This document shows positions 48,808 through 57,740 of a stretch of DNA of 64,000 bases, piece after piece. Location: contig DIVD01000024.1 of assembly GCA_002423245.1 (NCBI GenBank), positions 29,718-93,717 of the forward strand. Direction: 5' to 3'. Position numbers and translations under genes: made by a program. The stretch's first letter is position 1, and each line of letters opens with the position of its first letter. The notes beneath the pieces are model-generated. The model was not told where the DNA came from. It saw only the letters and a list, made by a program, of their open reading frames with translations, and ran no database searches. The DNA is from Rhodobacteraceae bacterium UBA6141. GTDB taxonomy: Bacteria > Pseudomonadota > Alphaproteobacteria > Rhodobacterales > Rhodobacteraceae.

Positions 48808-50337
48808 ATGACCGGGACTGCGCTGACCTTTTCCGCCGATCAGGCCGAAGCCTGGGACCGTCTGGCCGAGGCGCTGGAGGGGGCGGGCGTCGATATCGTC
48901 AATGGCAGTTCGGAGCGGCCCGGAGAGGACGGCGCGCGCACCATCATGGCGGTGGTGGGCAAGGCGGGGTCGGGCAAGACCATGCTGCTGGCCGAGCTGA
49001 CCCGAGCGCTGGAGGGGGCGGGCGTCGACATCATCTCGGGCGATTACGAGGGCAAGCGCCGCAAGGACCGGCGCCGGCTGGCGATCCTCGCGCCGACCAA
49101 CAAGGCGGCGAGCGTGCTGCGCAGCCGCGGGGTGCCGGCGACGACGATCCACCGCATCCTCTATACCCCCGTCTATGACCCGCAATATGAACGCATCGCC
49201 GAGTGGCTGGCGAATGGCGGCGAGCGGCCGGGGATCGAGGGGCTGACCGAGGCGGCGCTGGACCGGGCGAAGGCCTTCTACGAGCTGGTGAAATCGGTGC
49301 CGGGGGCGCTGGCGAGCGCCGGGCTGCGCGGCTCGGACTTCATCCTTGGCTGGAAGCGGCGCGAGGATCCCCTCGACATCGGGCTGATCGACGAATGCTC
49401 GATGCTCGACGACCGGCAGTTCGATGACCTCAAGCAGATCTTCCCGACGCTGGTGATGTTCGGCGATCCGGCGCAGCTTGCCCCGGTCAACCAGTCGGGC
49501 GCGATGGCCTTCGACCGCCTGCCCGAGGGCCAGCGGCTGGAGTTGCACCGCATCCACCGGCAGGAGGGCGACAACCCGATCCTCGACCTTGCCCATGCGC
49601 TGGCCGACGAGGATCTGACCTTCGAGCGGTTCGAGCGGATGGTGGAGGAGGCGGCGCGGCGCGACCCGCGCGTGGTCTGGGCCGAGCGGGTGGAGAGCGA
49701 CCTGATGGCGCGCTCGCCGGTGCTGGTCTGGCGCAACCAGACGCGGATCCGGCTGATCCAGGCGTTCCGGGGCGCGTTCGGCGCGCCGATGGATGCGCTG
49801 CTGCCGGGCGAGCCGCTGATCTGCGACGGGATCGAACTGCCGCTGAAGCACCGCAAGAAGCGCATCGACCTCGAGGCGCGGGGGCTGATCAAGGGGGCGC
49901 AGGTGATCTATCTCGGCCCCGGCAGGAAGCCCGGTTTCAGCCGCATCCATGTGATCGGCGCCGAGGAGCCGCAGGTCTCTGCCGCCTCGATCATCAAGAT
50001 CGAATTGCCGGATGCGGAGGAGCCCTTCATCCCCTATGCCGCGCGGATGGGCGCCGCCTTCCTGCACGGGGCTGCGGTGACGATCCACAAGGCGCAGGGC
50101 TCGCAATGGGAGAACGTGCAGGTGTTCGCGCCCGACCTCTATGCCGCCTCGCGCGCCGGGCGGACCGAGGCGGGCATTCCGCTGTGGAAGCGGCTGGCCT
50201 ATGTGGCGATCACCCGGGCGGAAACGCGGCTGCTCTGGGTGGTGCGCAACCGGCTGTCGCGGCCGGTGGCGCCGCTGACGGTGGAGGATTTGCCGCAGAA
50301 CGCCGCCCCGCTGGCACTGCTGCGCGAGGAGGAGTAG
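48808..50337 (+). CDS. SF1 RecD/Pif1-like ATP-dependent DNA helicase
   Basis: VVGKAGSGKTML (Walker A), LAILAPTNKAASVL, LIDECSMLD (Walker B), FGDPAQLAPV, TIHKAQGSQWENV and YVAITRAETRL. Confidence 0.8.
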   Translation: MTGTALTFSADQAEAWDRLAEALEGAGVDIVNGSSERPGEDGARTIMAVVGKAGSGKTMLLAELTRALEGAGVDIISGDYEGKRRKDRRRLAILAPTNKAASVLRSRGVPATTIHRILYTPVYDPQYERIAEWLANGGERPGIEGLTEAALDRAKAFYELVKSVPGALASAGLRGSDFILGWKRREDPLDIGLIDECSMLDDRQFDDLKQIFPTLVMFGDPAQLAPVNQSGAMAFDRLPEGQRLELHRIHRQEGDNPILDLAHALADEDLTFERFERMVEEAARRDPRVVWAERVESDLMARSPVLVWRNQTRIRLIQAFRGAFGAPMDALLPGEPLICDGIELPLKHRKKRIDLEARGLIKGAQVIYLGPGRKPGFSRIHVIGAEEPQVSAASIIKIELPDAEEPFIPYAARMGAAFLHGAAVTIHKAQGSQWENVQVFAPDLYAASRAGRTEAGIPLWKRLAYVAITRAETRLLWVVRNRLSRPVAPLTVEDLPQNAAPLALLREEE

Positions 50338-50455
50338 GCGCGGCGCGGACCCGCAGGAGCGCAAATGCGCCGGCGCCCGACCTTCTGCGGGGACTTGATG
50401 CCCCTTCCCGGCGCCGTCTCCAGCCTCTAGTCTGGCCGCAAGAAGGAGGCCCCCG

Positions 50456-50692
50456 ATGCGCTGCGTTTTCGTCCAGTTCCGCTGTCAGCCCGGCAAGACC
50501 TATGAGGTCGCCGATGCCATCTATGACCGCGAGGTGGTGAGCGAGCTTTACTCCACCTCGGGCGAGTATGACCTGATCGCCAAGGTCTACATCCCCGACG
50601 AGGCCGATGTCGGCCACTGGCTGACGGAGAAGCTGTTCGACATTCCGGGGATCAGCCGCACCCTGACCACGATGACGTTCAAGGCGTTCTGA
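50456..50692 (+). CDS. stand-alone Lrp/AsnC ligand-binding (RAM) domain protein
   Basis: 78 aa: [71 protein letters not shown]. Perfect SD AAGGAGG 7 nt upstream. Confidence 0.75.
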   Translation: MRCVFVQFRCQPGKTYEVADAIYDREVVSELYSTSGEYDLIAKVYIPDEADVGHWLTEKLFDIPGISRTLTTMTFKAF

Positions 50693-50746
50693 GACGTTCA
50701 AGGCGTTCTGAGCGGCAAGGCATTCGCCCTGCCTTGCGCGCCGCCA

Positions 50747-50774
50747 TTGACTCCGCGCGCCGCGCCTGTATAAG
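50747..50774 (+). promoter_or_regulatory. putative sigma-70 promoter of rpsD
   Basis: TTGACT (50747-50752), a 16-nt spacer, then TATAAG (50769-50774). This leaves a ~165-nt leader containing hairpin ccggac-ccgttt-gtccgg before GTG 50944. Confidence 0.5.
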
Positions 50775-50943
50775 CCCGCCGTCCCGGACCCGTTTGTCCG
50801 GGGCTTTTCATTGGTGTTGGTGGCCCTCGCAAGGGGATGCCTGTCGGTCGGGGGCGCGCAAGCCCGCGGCAAAGGACAACGCCCTTCGCTACAGGACGCG
50901 GGCCCTCGGGCCGGCACAAGAACAACAACGAAGGAGATCAGCG

Positions 50944-51564
50944 GTGACCAAACGCACCTCTGCCAAGTACAAGCTCGACCGCCGCATGGGCGAGAACATC
51001 TGGGGCCGTGCCAAATCCCCGGTGAACAGGCGCGAATACGGCCCCGGCCAGCACGGCCAGCGCCGCAAGAACAAGCTGTCGGACTTCGGCACCCAGCTGC
51101 GCGCCAAGCAGAAGCTGAAGGGCTATTACGGCGACCTGACCGAAAAGCAGTTCCGCAAGATCTTTGGCGAGGCCGAGCGCGTCAAGGGTGACACCGGCGA
51201 GAACCTGATCGGCCTGCTTGAGCGGCGCCTCGACGCGGTGATCTACCGCGCCAAGTTCGTGCCGACCATCTTTGCCGCCCGCCAGTTCGTGAACCACGGC
51301 CATGTCACCGTGAACGGCCAGCGCGTCAACATCGCCTCCTACCGGGTGAACGAGGGCGACGTGATCGGCCTGCGCGACCGCTCGCGCCAACTGGCGATCG
51401 TGCTGGAATCGGTCGGCCTGAGCGAGCGCGACGTGCCGGACTATCTGGACGCCGACCATTCCCGGATGACCGCCACCTTCGTGCGCACCCCCTCGCTGGC
51501 CGATGTGCCCTATGCGGTGGTGATGGAGCCGAACCTCGTGGTCGAATACTACGCCAAGAACTGA
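50944..51564 (+). CDS. rpsD: 30S ribosomal protein S4
   Basis: GTG start after [32 protein letters not shown]...[45 protein letters not shown]. Confidence 0.93.
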   Translation: MTKRTSAKYKLDRRMGENIWGRAKSPVNRREYGPGQHGQRRKNKLSDFGTQLRAKQKLKGYYGDLTEKQFRKIFGEAERVKGDTGENLIGLLERRLDAVIYRAKFVPTIFAARQFVNHGHVTVNGQRVNIASYRVNEGDVIGLRDRSRQLAIVLESVGLSERDVPDYLDADHSRMTATFVRTPSLADVPYAVVMEPNLVVEYYAKN

Positions 51565-51612
51565 TCGGGACGCAGCGTCGCCGGGTGCCTGCCCGGCCAG
51601 CGCCATTCTGCA

Positions 51613-51643
51613 AAGGGCCGCGGCGCAAGCCGGCGGCCCTTTT
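51613..51643 (+). terminator. rho-independent terminator after rpsD
   Basis: aagggccgc-ggcgcaagccg-gcggccctt followed by TT to complete a TTTT run (ttttgccatt). Confidence 0.6.
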
Positions 51644-51740
51644 GCCATTCCGGGCGGCCCTGCCAGCGCCGGGGGGCAACATGCTGCTGGCATTGCCGGG
51701 AGCGGGCCGCTAGAAAGCCGGAAGTTTCGGAGTGTTCATC

Positions 51741-52949
51741 ATGTCAGACCAGATCCGCCCGCAGCCCGGCATACTCGACATCGCGCTTTACGAGGCGGGG
51801 GCGGGGCATGTCGCGGGCCTCTCGGACGCGATCAAGCTGTCGTCGAACGAAAACCCGTTCGGCGCCTCGGAAAGGGTCAAGGACGCGTTCCTGCGGTCGG
51901 TCCACAAGCTGCACCGCTATCCCAATACCGACCATGCCAGCCTGCGCCAGGCCATCGGCGAGGTGCACGGGCTGGATGCGGCGCGGATCATCTGCGGGGT
52001 GGGCAGCGACGAGATCATCCATTTCCTGTGCCAGGCCTATGCCGGGCCGGGGGATGAGGTGGTGTTCACCGAGCATGGCTTCCTGATGTACCGCATCTCC
52101 GCCATGGCGGCGGGCGCCACCCCGGTCGAGGCGCGCGAGCGCGAGCGGGTGACCGATGTGGACGCGGTCCTTGCCGCCTGCGGGCCGCGCACCCGGCTGG
52201 TGTTCATCGCCAACCCCAACAACCCCACCGGAACGATGATCGGCCTGTCCGAGATCGAGCGGCTGGCCGACGGGCTGCCGCCGCAGGCCATTCTGGTGCT
52301 GGACGGGGCCTATGCCGAATATGTGGCGGGCTACGATGGCGGGGCGTGGCTGGCGACGACGCGGCCGAACGTGGTGATGACGCGCACCTTCTCCAAGATC
52401 TACGGGCTGGGCGGGCTGCGCATCGGCTGGGGCTATGGCCCGAAGCCGATCATCGACGTGCTGAACCGCATCCGCGCGCCCTTCAACCTGTCCACCACGC
52501 AGCTTGAGGCGGCAGAGGCCGCGGTGCGCGATCAGGACTGGGTGGACCGCTGCCGGGCGGACAACACGCGGCTGCGAGGCTGGCTGGCGGAGGCTCTGGC
52601 GGAAAAGGGCGTCCCGTCAGACACTTCCACGGCGAACTTCATCCTCGCGCGCTTTGCCGACGAGGCCGAGGCCGCCGCCTGCGACACATGGCTGCAAAGC
52701 CAGGGCCTGATCGTGCGGCGGGTGTCGGGCTACAAGCTGCCGAACTGTTTGCGCATCACCGTGGGGGACGAGGCCAGCTGCCGCCGCATCGCCCATGCCA
52801 TCGGCCAGTTCAAGGCGCTGGTAAGGCCGCGCACGGACCCCGAGACGGCACTGCCAGAGGGCGGGTTGCCAGAGGGCGGGTTGCCAGAGGGCGGGATTCC
52901 CGAGGGCGGCGTTCTGGAAGGCGGCCGCGTTGAAGGCGGCACGGCATGA
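51741..52949 (+). CDS. hisC: histidinol-phosphate aminotransferase with C-terminal (PEGGx)n extension
   Basis: [11 protein letters not shown]...LHRYPN...[10 protein letters not shown]...[18 protein letters not shown]. The last ~40 aa are repeat-encoded. The stop overlaps the tyrC ATG (ATGA). Confidence 0.9.
   Translation: MSDQIRPQPGILDIALYEAGAGHVAGLSDAIKLSSNENPFGASERVKDAFLRSVHKLHRYPNTDHASLRQAIGEVHGLDAARIICGVGSDEIIHFLCQAYAGPGDEVVFTEHGFLMYRISAMAAGATPVEARERERVTDVDAVLAACGPRTRLVFIANPNNPTGTMIGLSEIERLADGLPPQAILVLDGAYAEYVAGYDGGAWLATTRPNVVMTRTFSKIYGLGGLRIGWGYGPKPIIDVLNRIRAPFNLSTTQLEAAEAAVRDQDWVDRCRADNTRLRGWLAEALAEKGVPSDTSTANFILARFADEAEAAACDTWLQSQGLIVRRVSGYKLPNCLRITVGDEASCRRIAHAIGQFKALVRPRTDPETALPEGGLPEGGLPEGGIPEGGVLEGGRVEGGTA
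52854..52943. repeat. 6 x 15-bp tandem repeat encoding [30 protein letters not shown]
   Basis: ccagagggcgggttg x2, ccagagggcgggatt, cccgagggcggcgtt, ctggaaggcggccgc, gttgaaggcggcacg. In frame at the hisC 3' end. Confidence 0.9.
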
Positions 52950-53860
52950 TCTATGACCGCGTGGCGCTGATCGGGCTGGGGCTGATCGCGTCCTCGATGG
53001 CACATGCCATGCGGGAGCAGGGGCTGGCGGGGCGGATCGTCGGCCATGCCCGCAGCGAGGAGACGCGCGCGGCGGCGCTGGAGATCGGCTTCGTGGACGA
53101 GGTGTTTGCCACGGCGGCCGAGGCTGTGGAGGGCGCCGATCTGGTGGTGCTTGCCGTGCCGGTGGGCGCGATGGGCGAGATCGCGGCCGAGATCGGCCCG
53201 CATCTGAAGCCGGGCGCGACGGTCACGGATGTCGGCTCGGTCAAGCAGGCGGTGATTGCGGCGGTGGCGCCGCATCTGCCCGCAGGCGTGCATTTCGTGC
53301 CGGGCCACCCGATCGCGGGCACCGAGCATTCGGGGCCCCATTCCGGCTTTGCCGGCCTCTTTCGCAACCGCTGGTGGCTGCTGACGCCGCTGCCGGGAGC
53401 CGACGCGGCGGCGACGGCACGGCTGCGCGCGCTGTGCGAGGGCATGGGCGCCAAGGTGGACGAGATGGAGCCCGAGCATCACGATCTGGTGCTGGCCGTC
53501 ACCAGCCACACGCCGCACCTCATCGCCTACACGATGGTGGGCGTGGCCGACGACCTTGCCCGCGTCACCGACAGCGAGGTGGTGCAGTATTCCGCCGCGG
53601 GGTTCCGCGACTTCACCCGCATCGCGGCCAGCGACCCGACGATGTGGCGCGACGTCTTCCTGACCAACAAGGACGCCACGCTGGAGATTCTCGGCCGCTT
53701 CACCGAGGAGCTGTTCGCGCTGCAACGCGCAATCCGCACCGGCGATGGCGAGATGCTGTTCGACTATTTCACCCGCACCCGCGCGATCCGCCGCGGCATC
53801 ATCGAGGCGGGGCAGGACACCGCCGCGCCCGACTTTGGCCGCAGCAAGGCCGGCGCATGA
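52946..53860 (+). CDS. tyrC: prephenate/arogenate (cyclohexadienyl) dehydrogenase
   Basis: [18 protein letters not shown]...VDVGSVK...[15 protein letters not shown]...[17 protein letters not shown]. Follows hisC as in other alphaproteobacteria. Confidence 0.88.
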   Translation: MIYDRVALIGLGLIASSMAHAMREQGLAGRIVGHARSEETRAAALEIGFVDEVFATAAEAVEGADLVVLAVPVGAMGEIAAEIGPHLKPGATVTDVGSVKQAVIAAVAPHLPAGVHFVPGHPIAGTEHSGPHSGFAGLFRNRWWLLTPLPGADAAATARLRALCEGMGAKVDEMEPEHHDLVLAVTSHTPHLIAYTMVGVADDLARVTDSEVVQYSAAGFRDFTRIAASDPTMWRDVFLTNKDATLEILGRFTEELFALQRAIRTGDGEMLFDYFTRTRAIRRGIIEAGQDTAAPDFGRSKAGA

Positions 53861-54792
53861 CGGCGCGGGCTGCCCTGGCGCTGATGGCGGGGCTGCTGAT
53901 GGCGGGGTGGGCGGGCGCCGGGCTGGCGCAGGAGCTGCGGGCCGTGCCGCGGCCCCTGCCGCGGCCCGAACTGGCCCGGGCAATGGCGAATCCGGCGGAT
54001 CCGGCGGTGCGGCGGCCGAAGCCGCGGCCCGGTTCGACCGCGCTTGCGGTTGCGGCGCCCCTGGGCGCGGCGCTGCCGGGGCTGAGGCCGCGGCCGCGCC
54101 CGGTTGCCGCGCTGCGCGTCGAGGTGGTGCAGGTCTCCTCTGCCACCATCGCCTTCGCGCCGATGACGCCAAGGCCCGCGCCCCGGCCCGACAACCTGCC
54201 GCGCCGGGCGGCGGTTGCGGCGGCGGGATTTCGCACCCAGCCGGTGCCCGAGGCGCTGACCGGGCGCAAGGGCTCGGTCTGCGGCAACGCGGCGATCCGC
54301 GGCACCACGATCCCGCCGATCCGCGCGCAGGTGCAGGGCTGCGGGTTGCAGGACGGGGTGATGGTCACCTCGGTCTCGGGGGTGAGGCTGTCGCAGCCCG
54401 CGACCATCGACTGCGCCACCGCCACCGCGCTGAACACCTGGGTGGAGCGGGGGGTGAAACCGGCCGTGGGGCGGCTGGGAGGCGGCGTCGCGGCATTGCA
54501 GGTGGCGGGGCATTACACCTGCCGGCCGCGCAACAACCAGCGCGGCGCCAAGGTTTCAGAACATGGCCGCGGCAAGGCGATCGACATTTCGGCGATCACC
54601 CTGGCAAACGGCGTGTCGATCAGCGTGCTGAAGGGCTGGAACGAGCGCCAGCACGGCCAGATCCTGAAGGGGGTGCACAAGGCGGCCTGCGGGCCGTTCG
54701 GCACGGTGCTGGGGCCGAACGCGGACGGATTTCACCGCGACCACCTGCATCTGGATACGGCGGCCGCGCGCAACGGCGCGTATTGCCGCTAG
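53857..54792 (+). CDS. extensin-like C-terminal domain family protein (secreted, Pro-rich linker)
   Basis: Signal [25 protein letters not shown], then a PRP-rich region, then CGNAAIRG...IDCATATALNTWV...HYTCRPRNNQRGAKVSEHGRGKAIDI...FHRDHLHLD. ATG 53857 overlaps the tyrC stop. Confidence 0.7.
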   Translation: MTARAALALMAGLLMAGWAGAGLAQELRAVPRPLPRPELARAMANPADPAVRRPKPRPGSTALAVAAPLGAALPGLRPRPRPVAALRVEVVQVSSATIAFAPMTPRPAPRPDNLPRRAAVAAAGFRTQPVPEALTGRKGSVCGNAAIRGTTIPPIRAQVQGCGLQDGVMVTSVSGVRLSQPATIDCATATALNTWVERGVKPAVGRLGGGVAALQVAGHYTCRPRNNQRGAKVSEHGRGKAIDISAITLANGVSISVLKGWNERQHGQILKGVHKAACGPFGTVLGPNADGFHRDHLHLDTAAARNGAYCR

Positions 54793-55778
54793 ATCCGGGG
54801 CGCGCGGCCGATGGGCAGGGCGCCAAGCGTGATCCAGCCGCCCGACAGCACCAGCGGCACCCGCAGGTCGCCCTCGGCGCTGCCCGAGGCCTCGGCGATC
54901 TTTTCCAGCGCGGCGGCATAGGTCGGCGCAAGCTCCGGCGGCACGAGGCCCGCGGCCACCGCCAGCGCCAGAACCTTGCGCCACTGCCGGGCGTCGATCT
55001 CGACGCGGCCCTGCAGGCGCCCGTCCGCGCCGCGCTCCAGCAGGCCGCCGGCGCGCAGGCTCGCCTCGCCCCACCGCAGCGAAACCTCTTGCAGGTCAAG
55101 CGCCTGCGGGACCGGCGGCGCGGCGCCCGCGTGGCGGTCCAGCGGCCGGTCCAGCGTCAGCCTGCCATCGAGCCGCAGCCAGTCGAGCCGGTCCGGCTGC
55201 GTGGCCTCGGGGTCTGCCACCGCGCGCAGCGCGGGCGAGAGGGTCAGCCCCAGCAGTTCCGCGCCGATATGGTGGACGCGGCGGGCGGCATCCGTCGCCG
55301 CGCTTGCCAGCCGCGCCTCTGTCAGCGCGATGCTGCGGCCCGCCCCGGCGTCGAGCGCCAGATCCCGCGCGACGAACACCGCGCGGTCCAGCGGCAGGGC
55401 GCCGCTGGCGCCCAGCACGGCAGAGGCGCGCATGTCGGCGCTGGTGATCGCCAGCGGCAGGCCCGCCAGCGTCAGCCGCTGGTCATGCGGCCAGACCGCG
55501 ATCACGTGGCCGGGGCGGTAGGCGAGCATGAACAGTTGCACGAAGGGCGCAGTCCAGCGCAGCGTGCCATCGGCGCTTTGCAGCGCCACGGGTTCCACCG
55601 TCAGGTCGAACCGGCTGGGAAAGCCGCGCAGGGTGATCGCCGCCGGGCCGGCCAGCCCCTGCGCCTGAAGGTCCGCCAGCGCGGCCTCGGCCCCGCGCCG
55701 CATCGCCATGGACCCGGCCACCCAGTAGCCGCCGTAGAGCACGGCCGCCGCCGTCGTGATCCAGAGAAGCGCGCGCAT
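54789..55778 (-). CDS. DUF2125 family periplasmic protein
   Basis: N-terminal anchor MRALLWITTAAAVLYGGYWVAG, then an Ala/Leu/Arg-rich soluble part. The family assignment is from memory of similar alphaproteobacterial proteins. The stop overlaps the convergent stop in CTAG. Confidence 0.6.
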   Translation of the reverse strand: MRALLWITTAAAVLYGGYWVAGSMAMRRGAEAALADLQAQGLAGPAAITLRGFPSRFDLTVEPVALQSADGTLRWTAPFVQLFMLAYRPGHVIAVWPHDQRLTLAGLPLAITSADMRASAVLGASGALPLDRAVFVARDLALDAGAGRSIALTEARLASAATDAARRVHHIGAELLGLTLSPALRAVADPEATQPDRLDWLRLDGRLTLDRPLDRHAGAAPPVPQALDLQEVSLRWGEASLRAGGLLERGADGRLQGRVEIDARQWRKVLALAVAAGLVPPELAPTYAAALEKIAEASGSAEGDLRVPLVLSGGWITLGALPIGRAPRI

Positions 55779-55855
55779 GCCGTGGGGGCCTTTCCCGAGC
55801 CGTTCCGCCGGTGTTTACAGAAGGCACGGCGCGACGGCCAGAGCGGAGGCATCAC

Positions 55856-56383
55856 ATGTGGGTATTTGGCTATGGCTCGCTGATCTGGCAGCCGGATTTC
55901 CCGGTCGCCGAGGCGGTGCCCGCGCTGCTGGAGGGCTGGCACCGCAGCTTCTGCATGCGCTCGATCCACCATCGCGGCAGCGAGGCGGAACCGGGGCTGG
56001 TGCTGGCGCTGGATGCGGCGGCGGGGGCCGCGTGCCTTGGCGTCGCCTTCCGGGTGGCGCCGGGGGCCGAGGCGGCGACGCTGGCCGCGCTGCGCGAGCG
56101 CGAGCTGATCAGCTCGGCCTATCTCGAGCGCGTGCTGGAGGTGGCGCTGACCGACGGGCGCCGCGTCGAGGCGCTGGCCTATGTGATCGACCCCGGGCAT
56201 GTGCAGTATTGCGGCGGCCTGCCGCTGGAGGAACAGGCGCAGGTCATCGCGCGCGCCGTCGGCGGGCGCGGGCCGAACCGCGACTATCTGTGGAACACCG
56301 CCGCGCATCTGGACGGGCTTGGCCTTGGCGATCCGGATCTCGACTGGCTGGCGGCGCGGGTGCGGGCGCTTGCGCAACGCTGA
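55856..56383 (+). CDS. chaC: gamma-glutamylcyclotransferase, ChaC family
   Basis: MWVFGYGSLIWQPDFP...GWHRSFC...PGLVLALD...RELISSAY. ATG 55856 follows GGAGG. Confidence 0.85.
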   Translation: MWVFGYGSLIWQPDFPVAEAVPALLEGWHRSFCMRSIHHRGSEAEPGLVLALDAAAGAACLGVAFRVAPGAEAATLAALRERELISSAYLERVLEVALTDGRRVEALAYVIDPGHVQYCGGLPLEEQAQVIARAVGGRGPNRDYLWNTAAHLDGLGLGDPDLDWLAARVRALAQR

Positions 56384-56440
56384 CGGCTGCGGCAATGCTG
56401 CACTGCCGATAACGGTTGGCAGGGGCAGCGCCGGACCCTA

Positions 56441-56479
56441 TTGTCGGGGCAAGGCAGACAGTTGTCGGGCCAGGGCAGA
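56441..56479 (+). promoter_or_regulatory. two 18-bp direct repeats (21-bp period) upstream of the stator-like operon
   Basis: TTGTCGGGGCAAGGCAGA (56441-56458) and TTGTCGGGCCAGGGCAGA (56462-56479), 16/18 identical. They end 15 nt before ATG 56495. Function unknown. Confidence 0.45.
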
Positions 56480-56494
56480 GTGGCGGGAGACCTC

Positions 56495-57739
56495 ATGCAA
56501 GAGCCCCAGATCGAACGGGCCCCGCAGGGCAGGGGCCCGAAGGACCGGATCCTGAAACAGCCAGAGCCGTCCTTCTCGCAGCCGGTGCGGCAGGCGGTGC
56601 TGATGCTGATCGTGACCGGGCTGGTCTGCGCCGGCGCCTATCTTGCCTATTCCTCGATCGCCTCGATCTTCCTGTCGAACCCCTGGCTGAACGGGCTGAT
56701 CATCGGGGTATTCGTGCTGGGGATCCTCACCTGTTTCTGGCAGGTCTGGGTGCTGGCGCAATCGGTCAGCTGGATCGAGGGCTTCGCCGCCGGCAATCCG
56801 GGGCATGACCTTGCCGCGCCGCCGCGGCTGCTGGCCCCGCTCGCGGCGCTGCTGCGGGCGCGGGGCATCCGGGGGCAGATTTCCGACTCTTCGGCCCGCT
56901 CGATGCTGGACTCGGTCGAGGCGCGGATCGAGGAGGCGCGGGACATCACCCGCTATCTTGGCAACCTGTTGATCTTCCTTGGCCTTCTGGGCACGTTCTA
57001 TGGCCTCGCGATCACCGTTCCGGCGGTGGTGGACACCATCCGCTCGCTGGCGCCGCAGGCGGGCGAAAGCAGCATGGCGGTGTTCGACAAGCTGATGAGC
57101 GGGCTGGAATCGCAGCTTGGCGGCATGGGCACGGCGTTCTCGTCCTCGCTGCTGGGGCTGGCGGGCTCGCTGGTCATCGGCCTTCTGGAGCTGTTCGCCG
57201 GGCACGGGCAGAACCGGTTCTACCGCGAACTGGAGGAATGGCTGTCCTCGATCACCCGGCTGAGCTTTGCGGGCGGCGAGGGCGAGGGGGCCACGGATCA
57301 GGCCTCGATTGCCGCGATGATGGACCATATGGCCGGGCAGATGGAAGTTCTGCAGACGCTGGTCGCGCAATCCGAAGGCGAGCGCAGCGCGGTGGATGAA
57401 CGGCTGTCGATGCTGGCCGGGTCCGTCGAGCGGCTGGTGCGGCACATGGAAGGCGGGGTGGGCACGGCGGCCGCGCTGGACCGGATCGCCGAGGCGCAGG
57501 AGCGGATCATCGCGGCGCTGGAGGCGAAGGCGGCCGACGGCCTTGCCCCCGATGCCGAAAGCCGGATGCGGCTGCGCTCGATCGACGTGCAGATGCTGCG
57601 GCTGCTGGAGGAAGTCTCGGCGGGGCGGCAGGAATCCATCGGCGAGTTGCGCGGCGATCTTGCGGCGCTGACCCGTGCGGTGCGCGGGCTGGCGGACCCG
57701 GCGCGTGTCATCGGCCCCTCGCCTGGACGGAGGGGCTGA
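56495..57739 (+). CDS. MotA/TolQ/ExbB-family proton-channel protein with ~165-aa helical C-terminal tail
   Basis: Four hydrophobic helices. TM3/TM4 carry the family signature (YLGNLLIFLGLLGTFYGLAITV; GGMGTAFSSSLLGLAGSLVIGLLELF). The tail is rich in A/E/L/R/Q. ATG 56495 follows GGGAGA; the track ORF starts at TTG 56441. Confidence 0.8.
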   Translation: MQEPQIERAPQGRGPKDRILKQPEPSFSQPVRQAVLMLIVTGLVCAGAYLAYSSIASIFLSNPWLNGLIIGVFVLGILTCFWQVWVLAQSVSWIEGFAAGNPGHDLAAPPRLLAPLAALLRARGIRGQISDSSARSMLDSVEARIEEARDITRYLGNLLIFLGLLGTFYGLAITVPAVVDTIRSLAPQAGESSMAVFDKLMSGLESQLGGMGTAFSSSLLGLAGSLVIGLLELFAGHGQNRFYRELEEWLSSITRLSFAGGEGEGATDQASIAAMMDHMAGQMEVLQTLVAQSEGERSAVDERLSMLAGSVERLVRHMEGGVGTAAALDRIAEAQERIIAALEAKAADGLAPDAESRMRLRSIDVQMLRLLEEVSAGRQESIGELRGDLAALTRAVRGLADPARVIGPSPGRRG

Positions 57740-57740
57740 G

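Noticed and set aside
48870-49034. A 24-bp near-identical duplication inside the helicase gene (gcgctggagggggcgggcgtcga at 48870 and 49007) encoding ALEGAGVDI twice, possibly a recent internal duplication.
   Set aside because: The two copies flank the Walker A segment in what looks like the normal domain layout. The intervening sequence is unique and functional, so this is most likely an ancient internal similarity rather than a rearrangement.
54789-54792. Convergent genes whose stop codons overlap in the palindrome CTAG.
   Set aside because: Genuine but trivial. It is probably a chance consequence of compact gene packing, with no regulatory implication I can support.
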